Of a DNA stretch of 64,000 nt, positions 38,669 to 48,106 are shown one piece after another; position 1 is the first letter of the stretch; each line of letters begins with the position of its first letter. Position numbers and translations under genes: made by a program. The DNA lies in NCBI GenBank assembly GCA_963709345.1, contig CAVPVX010000003.1, forward strand, positions 1 through 64,000. The letters run 5' to 3'. The DNA is from an uncultured Actinomycetes bacterium. Lineage in GTDB: Bacteria; Actinomycetota; Thermoleophilia; UBA2241. The notes under the pieces were generated by a model that saw nothing but the letters and a program-made list of their open reading frames with translations, was not told the DNA's origin and did no database searches.

Positions 38669-39133
38669 TCAGTGATGATAGGGCTCGCGGCGCATGATCT
38701 TGCCGGCGCGGAAGAGCTGCTCGAGCAGGACCACGCGGGCGAGCTGGTGCGGCAGCGTCAGGTCTGAGAGCGAGAGCCGTGAGCTCGCCCGCTCAAGCAC
38801 CTCGGGCGCGAGCCCGAGCGAGCCGCCGATGACGAAGCCGGCGCCGCCGCGCTCGACGGCGGTTTGCAGCCGCCGGGCGAAGCTCTCGCTGTCGGCCGGC
38901 CTGCCGTCCACGACGAGCGCCGTGACGTCCGCCGACTGGGGCCAGGCGGCGAGGATGCGCCGCCCCTCGTCGCGGAGCACCTCGCCCTCGCTGCGACCGC
39001 GCAGCGAAACCTCGCGGACCTCGCGGACGACGACGTCGAAGCGCGGCTTGAGCAGGTCGAGGTAGTGACGCGCCGCCGGCGCGAGATCGCGGTGCAGCGA
39101 CCCGACGGCGACGATCTCTACGCGCGCCGCCAC
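38669..39133 (-). CDS. rlmH: 23S rRNA pseudouridine-1915 N3-methyltransferase
   Basis: FVIGGSLGL, LSLSDLTLPHQLARVVLLEQLFRA...EPYHH. Confidence 0.93.
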   Translation of the reverse strand: MAARVEIVAVGSLHRDLAPAARHYLDLLKPRFDVVVREVREVSLRGRSEGEVLRDEGRRILAAWPQSADVTALVVDGRPADSESFARRLQTAVERGGAGFVIGGSLGLAPEVLERASSRLSLSDLTLPHQLARVVLLEQLFRAGKIMRREPYHH

Positions 39134-39144
39134 TCCCCGGGCGC

Positions 39145-40320
39145 TCAGGCGCGTGGCGGGCCGGAGTAGAAGGCGACACGACCCGGCCCCCCGGCCCGGG
39201 CCGTGTACATCGTCGTCGCAGCCTTCGCGACCAGCTCTTCCACGGTGCGGCCGTCGCCGGGGAAGCTCGCGACGCCGGCTGAGGCGGTCAGGGCGAGCTT
39301 CGTGCCGCCGACGTCGATGGCGAGGTCGTGCATGGCCCCAAGCACGCGCGCCAGCGCGACGTCGGCCTGCTGCTCGGCCGTCTCGGGCAGCACGAGCAGG
39401 AACTCGTCGGCGCCGTAGCGACACACGAGGTCGCAGCTGCGTAGCTGCGCCATGAGCGCCGCGGCCCAGTGACACAGGACCTCGTCGCCCGCCTCGCGGC
39501 CGTGCGCCTCGTTGACGGCCTGGAACTCGTCCAGATCGAGCATCACCACGACGACAGAGCGTTCGTGACGCTCCGCCCGCACCAGCTCGAAGGCGGCGCG
39601 CTCCCGCAACTGGCGGAAGTTGAGCAGGCCGGTGAGCGGATCGTGCGTCTCGTGCTCGCGACGCTCGTTGAGCAGACGCAGGTTGTCCAGCGCCACGTCG
39701 GCCTGGTCGGCGAGCTGCCCGAGCAGGCGGCGCTGCTCGACGGGGTGGAACCCGTTCTCCTGATACAGGTAGCCGATCTGCTCGCCGGCGTAGCCCTCGA
39801 ACTGGCAGACCGTGTCACCCAGACCGCAGCAGAGCGTCTCCTTGGTGAGGACCTCGGTGCCGGTGATGGTCTCGAGCACACCATCGATGATGCCGCGCTC
39901 GAAATCACACACGGGCGTCCCCGTGGGCGGCAGCCGGCGACAGCTGAGACAGTGGGCGAGCTTGACGAGCACGCGCTCCTCGTCCAGTTCCACCTCGAGC
40001 TCGCCGAGCCCCATGGCCGTGAACCAGTCCTTGAGAGCCTGGATGGAGGTGATGGCAAGGTCGCGGCTGAAACGCTTGCTGGCCAGGTAGAGGGCCGGTC
40101 CGGCGCTGGCGCCGAGGATCTCGGGGAGTATCGCGAACTGCAGAAGACGGAAGAGCGAAGCCGGCGCCGTCTCGTCGGCCGGCGTGGCCGCGAGGACCTC
40201 GTCGGCCCGCGGCCACACTCGCTTCTCCTCGGAAGTGGTGATCGCGATGACGCTGCGCAGCGTCCGCGCGAACACGGTCGCCAAAGACACCTCTTCCTGG
40301 GAACGGAGCGCCATGCCCAT
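39145..40320 (-). CDS. V4R-domain diguanylate cyclase (GGDEF, GADEF variant)
   Basis: V4R cysteines HCLSC/PVCDFERG/ETLCCGLGDTVCQFE; HDPLTGLLN, DLDEF..VN, GDEVL, RSCD I-site, RYGADEF. Confidence 0.87.
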   Translation of the reverse strand: MGMALRSQEEVSLATVFARTLRSVIAITTSEEKRVWPRADEVLAATPADETAPASLFRLLQFAILPEILGASAGPALYLASKRFSRDLAITSIQALKDWFTAMGLGELEVELDEERVLVKLAHCLSCRRLPPTGTPVCDFERGIIDGVLETITGTEVLTKETLCCGLGDTVCQFEGYAGEQIGYLYQENGFHPVEQRRLLGQLADQADVALDNLRLLNERREHETHDPLTGLLNFRQLRERAAFELVRAERHERSVVVVMLDLDEFQAVNEAHGREAGDEVLCHWAAALMAQLRSCDLVCRYGADEFLLVLPETAEQQADVALARVLGAMHDLAIDVGGTKLALTASAGVASFPGDGRTVEELVAKAATTMYTARAGGPGRVAFYSGPPRA

Positions 40321-40493
40321 CCTCTCTCTGCCGCCCGTCGGGGGTCGGGAGGCCATCCGCGTTCGAGAGCAGCCCGCATGCCCGCTGGGCGGCTCTGCTT
40401 ATACTATAGGGGAAGGAGAGGCCGCTGGGACCGTGAGCGCACCGTGCGCACCCGCGAAGCGTTGCCAGACCAGACCACACCTGGAGACGTCAG

Positions 40494-41108
40494 ATGCCCG
40501 AAGATCACGCCTGTTGGGCCGCGACAGCAGGGCCCCGCGCCGGCAGCAAGGCGAGCACACGGCGCCGCGTGCTCGCGGCCCGCGACGCGCTGCCCGAGGT
40601 GGAGCGCGCCCGCCTCAGCGACGCCGTGTGTGCCGCTGCGATCGCCCTTCAGGAGTTGCGCGACGCGGCGACCATCTTCTCCTTTGCCGCATTCAGGAGC
40701 GAGGTCGACACCGCGACGCTCACGGCCTGGGCGCTCGCCGCCGGCAAGGCGCTGTGCATGCCGCGCATCCTCGGCCCCCATGTCATGGCCGCCTACCGCG
40801 TCACCGACCCCGAAAGCGACCTGGTTCCCGGATCCTGGGGCATCCCGGAGCCACGAGAAGGCCTCCCGGAGGTGCCTCCGGAAATCGTTGATGCGGTCAT
40901 CGTCCCCGGCTCCGTGTTCGACCCCGCCGGCCGACGCTGCGGCTACGGCGGCGGCTTCTACGACACGTACATGGCTCGCACGCGTGCGGGCGTTCCCCGG
41001 ATCGCCTTGGCGTTCGAACTACAGATCGTGCCGGAGTTGGCGTGTGAGCCGCACGACCTGCCGGTGACGGCCATCGTCACTGAAAAGCGGGTCATCCGGC
41101 CCGGCTGA
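40494..41108 (+). CDS. 5-formyltetrahydrofolate cyclo-ligase
   Basis: SEVDT, GIPEP, VIVPG..FD..GRRCGYGGGFYD, EPHD. Confidence 0.92.
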   Translation: MPEDHACWAATAGPRAGSKASTRRRVLAARDALPEVERARLSDAVCAAAIALQELRDAATIFSFAAFRSEVDTATLTAWALAAGKALCMPRILGPHVMAAYRVTDPESDLVPGSWGIPEPREGLPEVPPEIVDAVIVPGSVFDPAGRRCGYGGGFYDTYMARTRAGVPRIALAFELQIVPELACEPHDLPVTAIVTEKRVIRPG

Positions 41109-41691
41109 GCCCCAATGCCGCGGCCATGCCCGCGGCCAGTGCCTTCGCCGCGGCGATGAGATCCGCGTCGGCGGCGGCCTCTCCCGGCCCTTCGGCGTAG
41201 CCGCCCAGCGTGAAGACCGGCACTTCACGGTCGGTCGACAGCGCCACATAGCGGCGCAAGGCTGCCAGGGTATCGGCCAGACCGGTCTCCGCGGTGACGG
41301 CGATGAGGCCCACAGCCCGCGCCGCCAGCCACTGGTCGTGCGCGTACCTGAAGACATTGCGGTCGATGAAGGCCTTCATCTGCGCCGAGACGTTCTCGTA
41401 GTACACGGGGGATGCCAGGATCAGGCCGTCGGCGGCGTAGACGCTCTCGAGCACAGCGTGAGTATCGTCGTCCAGCGGGCACGCATCCAGGTCGGCACAC
41501 GCGGCATGAGCGAGACATGGAGCGACGGCCCGCTCGGCAAGTCTGATCGTCTCGCAGGTCGCGCCGAGAGCGGCCAGCTCGTCCAACGCCGCCTCGGCGA
41601 GAGCGGCGCTGTTGCTCTGGGCACGTGGGCTGCCGACGACGGCGAGAATCCGAGGTGCGGCAACGCGCACTGCGGGCCGGGCTTCGCTCAT
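41092..41691 (-). CDS. Flavodoxin-like NADPH-dependent FMN reductase / iron-sulfur flavoprotein
   Basis: VGSPRAQSNS, PCLAHAAC...CPLDDD, ASPVYY..VSAQMKAFIDR. Confidence 0.87.
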   Translation of the reverse strand: MSEARPAVRVAAPRILAVVGSPRAQSNSAALAEAALDELAALGATCETIRLAERAVAPCLAHAACADLDACPLDDDTHAVLESVYAADGLILASPVYYENVSAQMKAFIDRNVFRYAHDQWLAARAVGLIAVTAETGLADTLAALRRYVALSTDREVPVFTLGGYAEGPGEAAADADLIAAAKALAAGMAAALGLSRAG

Positions 41692-41710
41692 GACGAGGCC
41701 AGCCGGCGCG

Positions 41711-42487
41711 TCAGGCGCTCTGCAGCGATATCTGGACCTCGTCGCGCACCTGCAACAATGCCGTGGTGACGGTGTCCGAATCGGCGTGATAGCGCGACGC
41801 GGGCATGGGTACGGAGATGGATGCCGAGGTGCCGTCGATGTCCGTGATCGCGACCCCCACACCGCAGATGCCGGCGCGATGCTCCTCGCGGTCGAAGGCG
41901 AGACCCGAACGACGGACCTCCTCGAGCTCCGCCATGAACGCCTTGCGGCTGATCGGCGTATCGCGCGCCGGAGCCTCCAGGCGCTTGGGCAGGCGCACCT
42001 TGACCTCTTCGGCGGAGAGTCGCGCCAGCAGAGCCTTGCCGTTGGCGGTACAGAAGGCGGGGAAGCGCGCGCCCACCCGCGAGACGACCATGAGAGACCG
42101 TTGCGGCGCCGGATGCTGAGCGATGAAGAGGACGTGCATGCCGTCGAGCACGCCTAGGTCGACAGTCTCGTTGAGCTCCCGGGAGAGACGCTCGAGATAT
42201 GGTCTCACCACAGTCGGCAGGTCGCGCTTGGCCATCGCCAGACGCATGATCCCGGGGCCCAGGTGGAGCCTGCCGGTGGCGACATCCGTGTAGATGAGGT
42301 CCTCATGCTCGAGCGCGCCGCGTATGCGGTGCACCGTCGTGCGCGGCAGTCCCGACCTGGCGACCAGCTCGCTGAAGGTCAGACCCCCGGACGAGTCGGC
42401 AGCGAGAAGCCGCAGGATCGCGGCGGCTCTGGCCAGGACCTGGACGCCGCTTCGCTGATCCTTGACCGAGCCGCTGTCGTCGCCCAC
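41711..42487 (-). CDS. IclR family transcriptional regulator
   Basis: SGLPRTTVHRI HTH, LNETVDLG, CTANGKALLA, DREEH. Confidence 0.92.
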   Translation of the reverse strand: MGDDSGSVKDQRSGVQVLARAAAILRLLAADSSGGLTFSELVARSGLPRTTVHRIRGALEHEDLIYTDVATGRLHLGPGIMRLAMAKRDLPTVVRPYLERLSRELNETVDLGVLDGMHVLFIAQHPAPQRSLMVVSRVGARFPAFCTANGKALLARLSAEEVKVRLPKRLEAPARDTPISRKAFMAELEEVRRSGLAFDREEHRAGICGVGVAITDIDGTSASISVPMPASRYHADSDTVTTALLQVRDEVQISLQSA

Positions 42488-42670
42488 ATCTCCTCCGTCC
42501 TCGCCACGCCCCTCACGCTCGTGCTGGTGGCGCTGCCGTCCGGGTCCCAGCCGACACTACCAAGATAATATCGCGTCGTCGCGACTTCCACCAAGCAATC
42601 GCGCCGCCGCCCGGCGTTGGGGACACGTTGGTCAAGCGTGAATGCGCATGAGCTACACTGCGGCATCGTC

Positions 42671-43792
42671 ATGGACGGTATGCAGACAACCGCTCGACCC
42701 GTCCGCGTGGGCGTCGTGCTCGCCGGAGGAGAGGCGAGGCGCATGGGCCGCGACAAGCGGCGGCTGCGCCTGGATGGCAGGACCCTGCTGGAGCGTAATC
42801 TCGCGTTCTTGCAGGGTCTCTTCCCGACCGTCGGCATCTCGGTACGGGACGCCGGGCAGGTGCCCGAAGGGCTGTCTCCGGACGTGGAGGTCATCCCCGA
42901 CCTCATCCCGGGCTCACCCCTGGGAGGACTCGCCTCGGTGCTCACCCGCTTTCGCGAACCCGTCTTCGCCCTGGCAGCCGACCTCGCCTTCCCGGAGAGC
43001 TCAGCCGTGCAGAAGGTCCTGGCTGCGTACGGCGATGTGGATGTCGCCCTGCCGATCGCCGAGGGTCACCTTGAACCACTACATGCCGTGTACGGGCCCG
43101 GCTGCCTGCCGCACATCGAGCGTCTGCTGGCAGCCGGCGCGCGTAGCATCCTGGACCTCTACCCTGAGGTGCGCATCACGCGAGTCCCCTTTGCAGACAC
43201 CGTGCCGTTCTTCAACGTCAACACGCCGCTGGATTGGGACGAGGCGCGGCGCCGGCAAGTGACAGAGGGCGGCGCGGCTGCTGTCTGCCGCCCGGCCGTG
43301 CTCGGGATCGTCGGCAAGCCCGGCAGCGGCAAGACCACGCTCATCGAGCGTCTGATCCCCGAGTTCACGACCAAGGGACTCCGGGTGGGAGCGGTCAAGA
43401 ACGTGGCGAGCTTCGAGATCGACGTGCCGGGCAAGGACTCCTGGCGGCACGCGCAGGCAGGGGCGTCGGCGTACGCGGTCGCCTCGGCCTCCAAGCTCGC
43501 CTTCGTTGCGCGGCAGACGCCGGGTGAAGTCGGGCTCGGAGCGATCGTCGACCGCTACTTCGGCGGCTACGACCTCGTCGTCTGCGAAGGATACCGGCAC
43601 GAGTCGCCTCAGGTGATCGAGGTGTTCCAGCGCAGCGCAGGCCACGCCGGGCCGGTCTGCGAGCCGGACGAGCTACTCGCCCTCGTCACCGACACGGACC
43701 TCCCTCACACGCACCGTTTCTCACTCGACGAGCCGTCCCGGCTGGCCGACTTTCTGGAGGCCGAACTCGGCCTCGTCGCGCGCCCGGCGTGA
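42671..43792 (+). CDS. MobA-MobB fusion (Mo-cofactor guanylyltransferase plus GTP-binding adaptor), copy 1
   Basis: LAGGEARRMGRDK, EPLHAVY, FFNVNTP then GKPGSGKTT, GKDSWRH, VCEGY. Confidence 0.88.
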   Translation: MDGMQTTARPVRVGVVLAGGEARRMGRDKRRLRLDGRTLLERNLAFLQGLFPTVGISVRDAGQVPEGLSPDVEVIPDLIPGSPLGGLASVLTRFREPVFALAADLAFPESSAVQKVLAAYGDVDVALPIAEGHLEPLHAVYGPGCLPHIERLLAAGARSILDLYPEVRITRVPFADTVPFFNVNTPLDWDEARRRQVTEGGAAAVCRPAVLGIVGKPGSGKTTLIERLIPEFTTKGLRVGAVKNVASFEIDVPGKDSWRHAQAGASAYAVASASKLAFVARQTPGEVGLGAIVDRYFGGYDLVVCEGYRHESPQVIEVFQRSAGHAGPVCEPDELLALVTDTDLPHTHRFSLDEPSRLADFLEAELGLVARPA

Positions 43793-43882
43793 CCGCATCG
43801 GCGTCGCCGCCGCCCCGGCACCTCGCCGACGCGGCCTGCTGGCGTCCGTCTTGACCCCAGTGCTACTCTCTGTGGCAGTCCG

Positions 43883-44017
43883 ACTCCAAGCCCTCCGCCC
43901 TACGGCTCTCGCTACGGGCGCCGGGCCGTACCATGGATAGACCATGGGGCGGCGATGCTTGTCGCCGTCGTGGGCCCGCGGTGGAAACGCCTGGACCTCC
44001 CCGTGCTTGGAAAGGAG
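43883..44017 (+). ncRNA. Moco (molybdenum cofactor) riboswitch
   Basis: CTCCAAGC...CCTACG...GGTG-GAAA-CGCC...CCTCCCCGTGCTTGGAAAGGAG; basal helix CCAAGC/GCTTGG and CTCC/GGAG covers the SD of modA. Confidence 0.85.
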
Positions 44018-44025
44018 CAAGGGAC

Positions 44026-44904
44026 ATGATCGAAGGCCCGACCCCGCAGGGTCGGGCCGCCGAGGCAGCGCCGCAAGGCGCGGCGCTCACGGCGGCCCGC
44101 TCCCCGCATCCCTCCAGCCCACGCGGTCGGCTCCGGCGACTCGTCGCCCCCCTCGCCGCAGGCATCCTGGCGATCGCCCTCCTCGGCACCGCGGCATGCG
44201 GTGAAGAGTCCTCCGGCGCGGCCGCCCGGGAGGCGACGAAGATCGACGTCTTCGCCGCCGCCTCGCTCACGGCGGCCTTCACGGAGATGGCCGACGGTTT
44301 CACCGCCGCCCACCACGACGTCGAGGTCGCCCTCAACTTCGCCGGCAGCAACGACCTCGCTACGCAGATCCAGCAGGGCGCGCCCGCCGACGTGTTCGCC
44401 TCCGCCGACACCGCGAACATGGACAAGGTCGGCGACCTCGTCGATACGCCACAGACGTTCGCCGGCAACAGACTTGCCATCGCGGTCGCGCCGGGCGACC
44501 CGATGCACGTCGAGGGACTGGCCGACCTGAGCCGACAGGACCTCAAGGTCGTGCTCGCTGCGCCGGACGTGCCTGCCGGCAAGTACGCCGGCGAGATCCT
44601 GGAGCGCGCCGGCGTCAGCGTGACGCCCGTCTCGCTGGAGATCACCGTGAAGGGCGTCGTCACCAAGGTGGCTCTGGGCGAGGCCGACACCGGCATCGTC
44701 TACGTGACCGACGTCACCGCCGCCGACGGCGAGATCGACTCGGTCGAGATCCCCGACGCGGAGAACGTCATCGCAAGCTACCCCATCGCCACGGTCGCTG
44801 CCGGCGACGACGAGATCGAGGCGCAAGCCTTCCTCGACTTCGTCCTCTCGGCCGAGGGCCAGAAGATCCTCGCGAAGTACGGATTCCTCCCGCCGCCGCA
44901 ATGA
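44026..44904 (+). CDS. modA: Molybdate ABC transporter substrate-binding lipoprotein
   Basis: Lipobox TAAC, FAAASL, FAGS, GAPADVFASA, VPAGKYA, GIVYVTD. Confidence 0.92.
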   Translation: MIEGPTPQGRAAEAAPQGAALTAARSPHPSSPRGRLRRLVAPLAAGILAIALLGTAACGEESSGAAAREATKIDVFAAASLTAAFTEMADGFTAAHHDVEVALNFAGSNDLATQIQQGAPADVFASADTANMDKVGDLVDTPQTFAGNRLAIAVAPGDPMHVEGLADLSRQDLKVVLAAPDVPAGKYAGEILERAGVSVTPVSLEITVKGVVTKVALGEADTGIVYVTDVTAADGEIDSVEIPDAENVIASYPIATVAAGDDEIEAQAFLDFVLSAEGQKILAKYGFLPPPQ

Positions 44905-44926
44905 CACTCCCGCCGACAGCGGCCGC

Positions 44927-45880
44927 ATGACGCCGGCCGCGAAACCTCCCGAGGTACCGACCGACGCGCATGGCGCCGCGGGTGACATCGCCGTGATCGC
45001 GGGCGACTCTATCGAGCCTCGGCCACCCCGGCGCGCTCCGATCCCGTGGTCCCGGCCGGCGGAGGCCGCGACCTCCGCGGCGTTCGTCCGCTCCCGCGGC
45101 CGCAGTCGGGCACCGATCGGGTTCACATCGCTCGCCGTCATCGCGATCGCGTTTCTCGCCTTGCCGCTGGTCGCCCTCGTCGTGCGCGCGCCCTGGCGGA
45201 GCCTGCCCGACGACCTGGCCGCCCCAGGCGTGCTCACCGCGCTTCGCCTCTCGCTCGTCTGCTCTGTCGCAGCCGTCGGCATCTCGCTGCTGCTCGGGGT
45301 CCCTCTCGCCTGGCTGCTCGCGCGCGTACGCTTCCGGGGTCGGAACATCGTTCGTGCCGTCGTCCTGCTGCCCATGGTCCTTCCGCCGGTCGTCGGCGGC
45401 GTCGCGCTGCTTCTCGCCTTCGGCCGCCAAGGACTCGCCGGTCAATGGCTCGATCGCATCTTCGGTGTCACCCTGCCCTTCTCGACGGCAGGCGCGATCT
45501 TCGCCGAGGCCTTCGTCGCGATGCCCTTCCTCATCATCACCGTCGAGGCCGGCATCCGCTCCATGGACCGGCGCTACGAAGACGCTGCGGCCACCCTGGG
45601 CGCCGGCCGCTGGATGACGTTCCGCCGGGTCACGCTGCCGCTGATCGCCCCCGCGCTGGGCGCCGGCGCCGCGCTCTGTTGGGCACGAGCGCTGGGTGAG
45701 TTCGGGGCGACGATCACGTTTGCCGGCAACCTGCCCGGCGCCACCCAGACGATGCCGCTCGCCGTCTACCTTGCCCTGCAGAGCAACCCCGACGCGGCGA
45801 TCGCGCTGAGCCTCGTCATGCTGGCGATCTCTCTGACAGTCCTCGTGGCCCTGCGCGGCCGCTGGTTCCCGTCGCGATGA
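44927..45880 (+). CDS. modB: Molybdate ABC transporter permease
   Basis: LPMVLPPVVGG, EDAAATLGA, ARALGEFGATITFAGN. Confidence 0.92.
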   Translation: MTPAAKPPEVPTDAHGAAGDIAVIAGDSIEPRPPRRAPIPWSRPAEAATSAAFVRSRGRSRAPIGFTSLAVIAIAFLALPLVALVVRAPWRSLPDDLAAPGVLTALRLSLVCSVAAVGISLLLGVPLAWLLARVRFRGRNIVRAVVLLPMVLPPVVGGVALLLAFGRQGLAGQWLDRIFGVTLPFSTAGAIFAEAFVAMPFLIITVEAGIRSMDRRYEDAAATLGAGRWMTFRRVTLPLIAPALGAGAALCWARALGEFGATITFAGNLPGATQTMPLAVYLALQSNPDAAIALSLVMLAISLTVLVALRGRWFPSR

Positions 45881-46935
45881 GCCTTCTCGCGGAGATCGGG
45901 CTTCGGAAGGGCGCCCTCGATCTGCGCGCAGAGCTGCAGGTGGCGAGCGAGGGCGTCGTCGTCCTGCTGGGGCCCAACGCCGCCGGCAAGACGACGCTGC
46001 TGCGCGCCCTGGCGGGATTGATCCCGATCGAGACCGGCAGGATCGTGCTGGACGGCATCGTCGTAGACGACCCAAGCCGGAGCATCTGGGTCCCGACGGA
46101 GCAGCGCCCCATCGGGGTCGTCTTCCAGGACTACCTCCTCTTCCCGCATCTCTCGGTGCTCGACAACGTCGCCTTCGGCCTGCGCGCCCGGGGCGCCGGA
46201 CGGCACGCCGCCAAAGACGCGGCCACATCCTGGCTCGAGCGCGTCGGCCTGAGCGACCACGCGGGCGAGCGCCCCAAAGCGCTGAGCGGCGGGCAGGCTC
46301 AGCGGGTCGCGCTCGCGCGCGCGCTCGCCACCGATCCCCGCCTGCTGCTGCTCGACGAGCCGCTCTCCGCAATGGACGCAGGCGCACGCGCCGAGCTCCG
46401 CCGCGACCTCACCCGGCACCTTGCGTCGTTCGAGGGCACGGCGCTCGTTGTGACCCACGACCCCATCGAGGCGATGACGCTCGGCGACCAGCTCGTCGTG
46501 CTGGAGAAGGGCCGCGTGATCCAGTGCGGCACTCCGGAGGAGCTGGCCTCGCGGCCGCGCTCCGACTACGTCGCCCAGCTCGTCGGGCTCAACCTCTTCC
46601 GGGGAAGCGCGTGCGCCGAGACGATAGAGCTGGCCGGAGGAGAGCGCATCATCAGCGCCACGCCCACGGACTGCGACGGCGAGGTGTTCGTCGTGATCTC
46701 ACCTCACGCGATCGCGCTGCACAGGGTCCACCCCGAAGGCTCCCCGCGCAACGTCTGGCCGGGGACGGCCGGAGCGCTGGACGTCGTCGGCGAGCGCATC
46801 CGTGTGCACGTCGCCGGCCCGGTACCTCTCGTGGCTGAAGTCACGCCGGCCGCCGTCGCCGCTCTGCATCTCGGAGAGGGCGGACCCGTCTTCGCCTCGG
46901 TCAAGGCAACGGAGGTCGAGGTGTACCCCGCGTGA
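45877..46935 (+). CDS. modC: Molybdate ABC transporter ATP-binding protein with TOBE domain
   Basis: GPNAAGKTT, LSGGQAQR, LLLLDEP, C-terminal TOBE ASVKATEV. Confidence 0.92.
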   Translation: MSLLAEIGLRKGALDLRAELQVASEGVVVLLGPNAAGKTTLLRALAGLIPIETGRIVLDGIVVDDPSRSIWVPTEQRPIGVVFQDYLLFPHLSVLDNVAFGLRARGAGRHAAKDAATSWLERVGLSDHAGERPKALSGGQAQRVALARALATDPRLLLLDEPLSAMDAGARAELRRDLTRHLASFEGTALVVTHDPIEAMTLGDQLVVLEKGRVIQCGTPEELASRPRSDYVAQLVGLNLFRGSACAETIELAGGERIISATPTDCDGEVFVVISPHAIALHRVHPEGSPRNVWPGTAGALDVVGERIRVHVAGPVPLVAEVTPAAVAALHLGEGGPVFASVKATEVEVYPA

Positions 46936-46984
46936 CCACGCCGGAGCGCTGGGCCCTCGCTCCGCCGGGTAGACTGGCGCCACC

Positions 46985-48106
46985 ATGAGGACGGCGCGCA
47001 ATGACACCCGGGTGGACACAGGGGTACTCCTCGCCGGCGGCAGCGGGCGCCGCGCCGGCGTGGACAAGCGACTCCTCGTCCTCGAGGGCCGCACGCTGCT
47101 GCAGCGCAACCTCGGCTTCCTGCGCGGCCTCTTCCCCTCGGTCGCGGTGGCGATCGGACACGGCCAGGAGCTGGATCTCGGCGATGATGTAAGCGTGGAG
47201 ATCCTGCACGACGCCTGGCCAGGCGGCTCGCCGCTCGCCGGGATCGCCACCGCACTGCGCCACTTCGACCGGCCCGTGTTCGCCCTGGCGGTGGACATCG
47301 CCTATCCGCAGCGAGAGGCGGCCGAGGCGGTACTCGCGGCCTTCCCCGGCTACGACGTCTCGATGCCGGCGATCGGGGAGATGCACCACCAGCCTCTCTT
47401 CGCCGCCTACGGGCCGGCCTGCCTCGCGCCGATGTCAGCGCTGCTCGACGCCGGCCGCCACCGCATCGTCACGATCCTGCCCGACTTGCGCGTCACCGAG
47501 GTCCGGTTTCCCGACGACTCGTTGTTCCGTAACATCAACACCATGAACGACTATGAAGCAGCGAAAGGCGATGTCGCGGGCCAGACTGCAGGCGGCACTG
47601 ATCGGCAGCCGGCCCTCGTGGCCATCGTGGGCAAGAGCGACTCCGGCAAGACGACGCTCATCGAGAAGGTCGTGCCCGAGCTCGTGAAGCTCGGCCTGCG
47701 CGTCGGAACCGTCAAGCACGACGCGCACAGCTTCGAGATCGACCACCCCGGCAAGGACTCCTGGCGACACGGACAGGCCGGGGCCCAGGCCTACGTCATC
47801 GCCTCGCCCGAGCGACTCGCCTTCATTACGAAGCTGGACGGCGAGATGCCGCTGACCGAGATCGCGCAGCGCTACTTCGGCGGATTCGACATCGTCGTCG
47901 CCGAAGGCTACAAGCGCACGGCGCCGCACCGCGTGGAGCTGTTCCGCGCAGGCGCCGGGCATGCCGAGCCGCTCTGCGGGCCCGGCGAGGCGATTGCCCT
48001 CGTCACCGACGCCGACCTGCAGCACGAGCATCTCTTCGGCATCGAGGACGCGGCGAGCCTCGCACGCTTCCTGACGCTACGGCTCGACGCCCTCCGCGCG
48101 TACTGA
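46985..48106 (+). CDS. MobA-MobB fusion, copy 2
   Basis: LAGGSGRRAGVDK, NINT, GKSDSGKTT, VKHDAHSFEIDHPGKDSWRH. Confidence 0.88.
   Translation: MRTARNDTRVDTGVLLAGGSGRRAGVDKRLLVLEGRTLLQRNLGFLRGLFPSVAVAIGHGQELDLGDDVSVEILHDAWPGGSPLAGIATALRHFDRPVFALAVDIAYPQREAAEAVLAAFPGYDVSMPAIGEMHHQPLFAAYGPACLAPMSALLDAGRHRIVTILPDLRVTEVRFPDDSLFRNINTMNDYEAAKGDVAGQTAGGTDRQPALVAIVGKSDSGKTTLIEKVVPELVKLGLRVGTVKHDAHSFEIDHPGKDSWRHGQAGAQAYVIASPERLAFITKLDGEMPLTEIAQRYFGGFDIVVAEGYKRTAPHRVELFRAGAGHAEPLCGPGEAIALVTDADLQHEHLFGIEDAASLARFLTLRLDALRAY

Noticed and set aside
40330-40493. 6S RNA upstream of 5-formyl-THF cyclo-ligase
   Set aside because: The spacer is short, shared with a divergent gene, and I could not fold it into the long 6S rod
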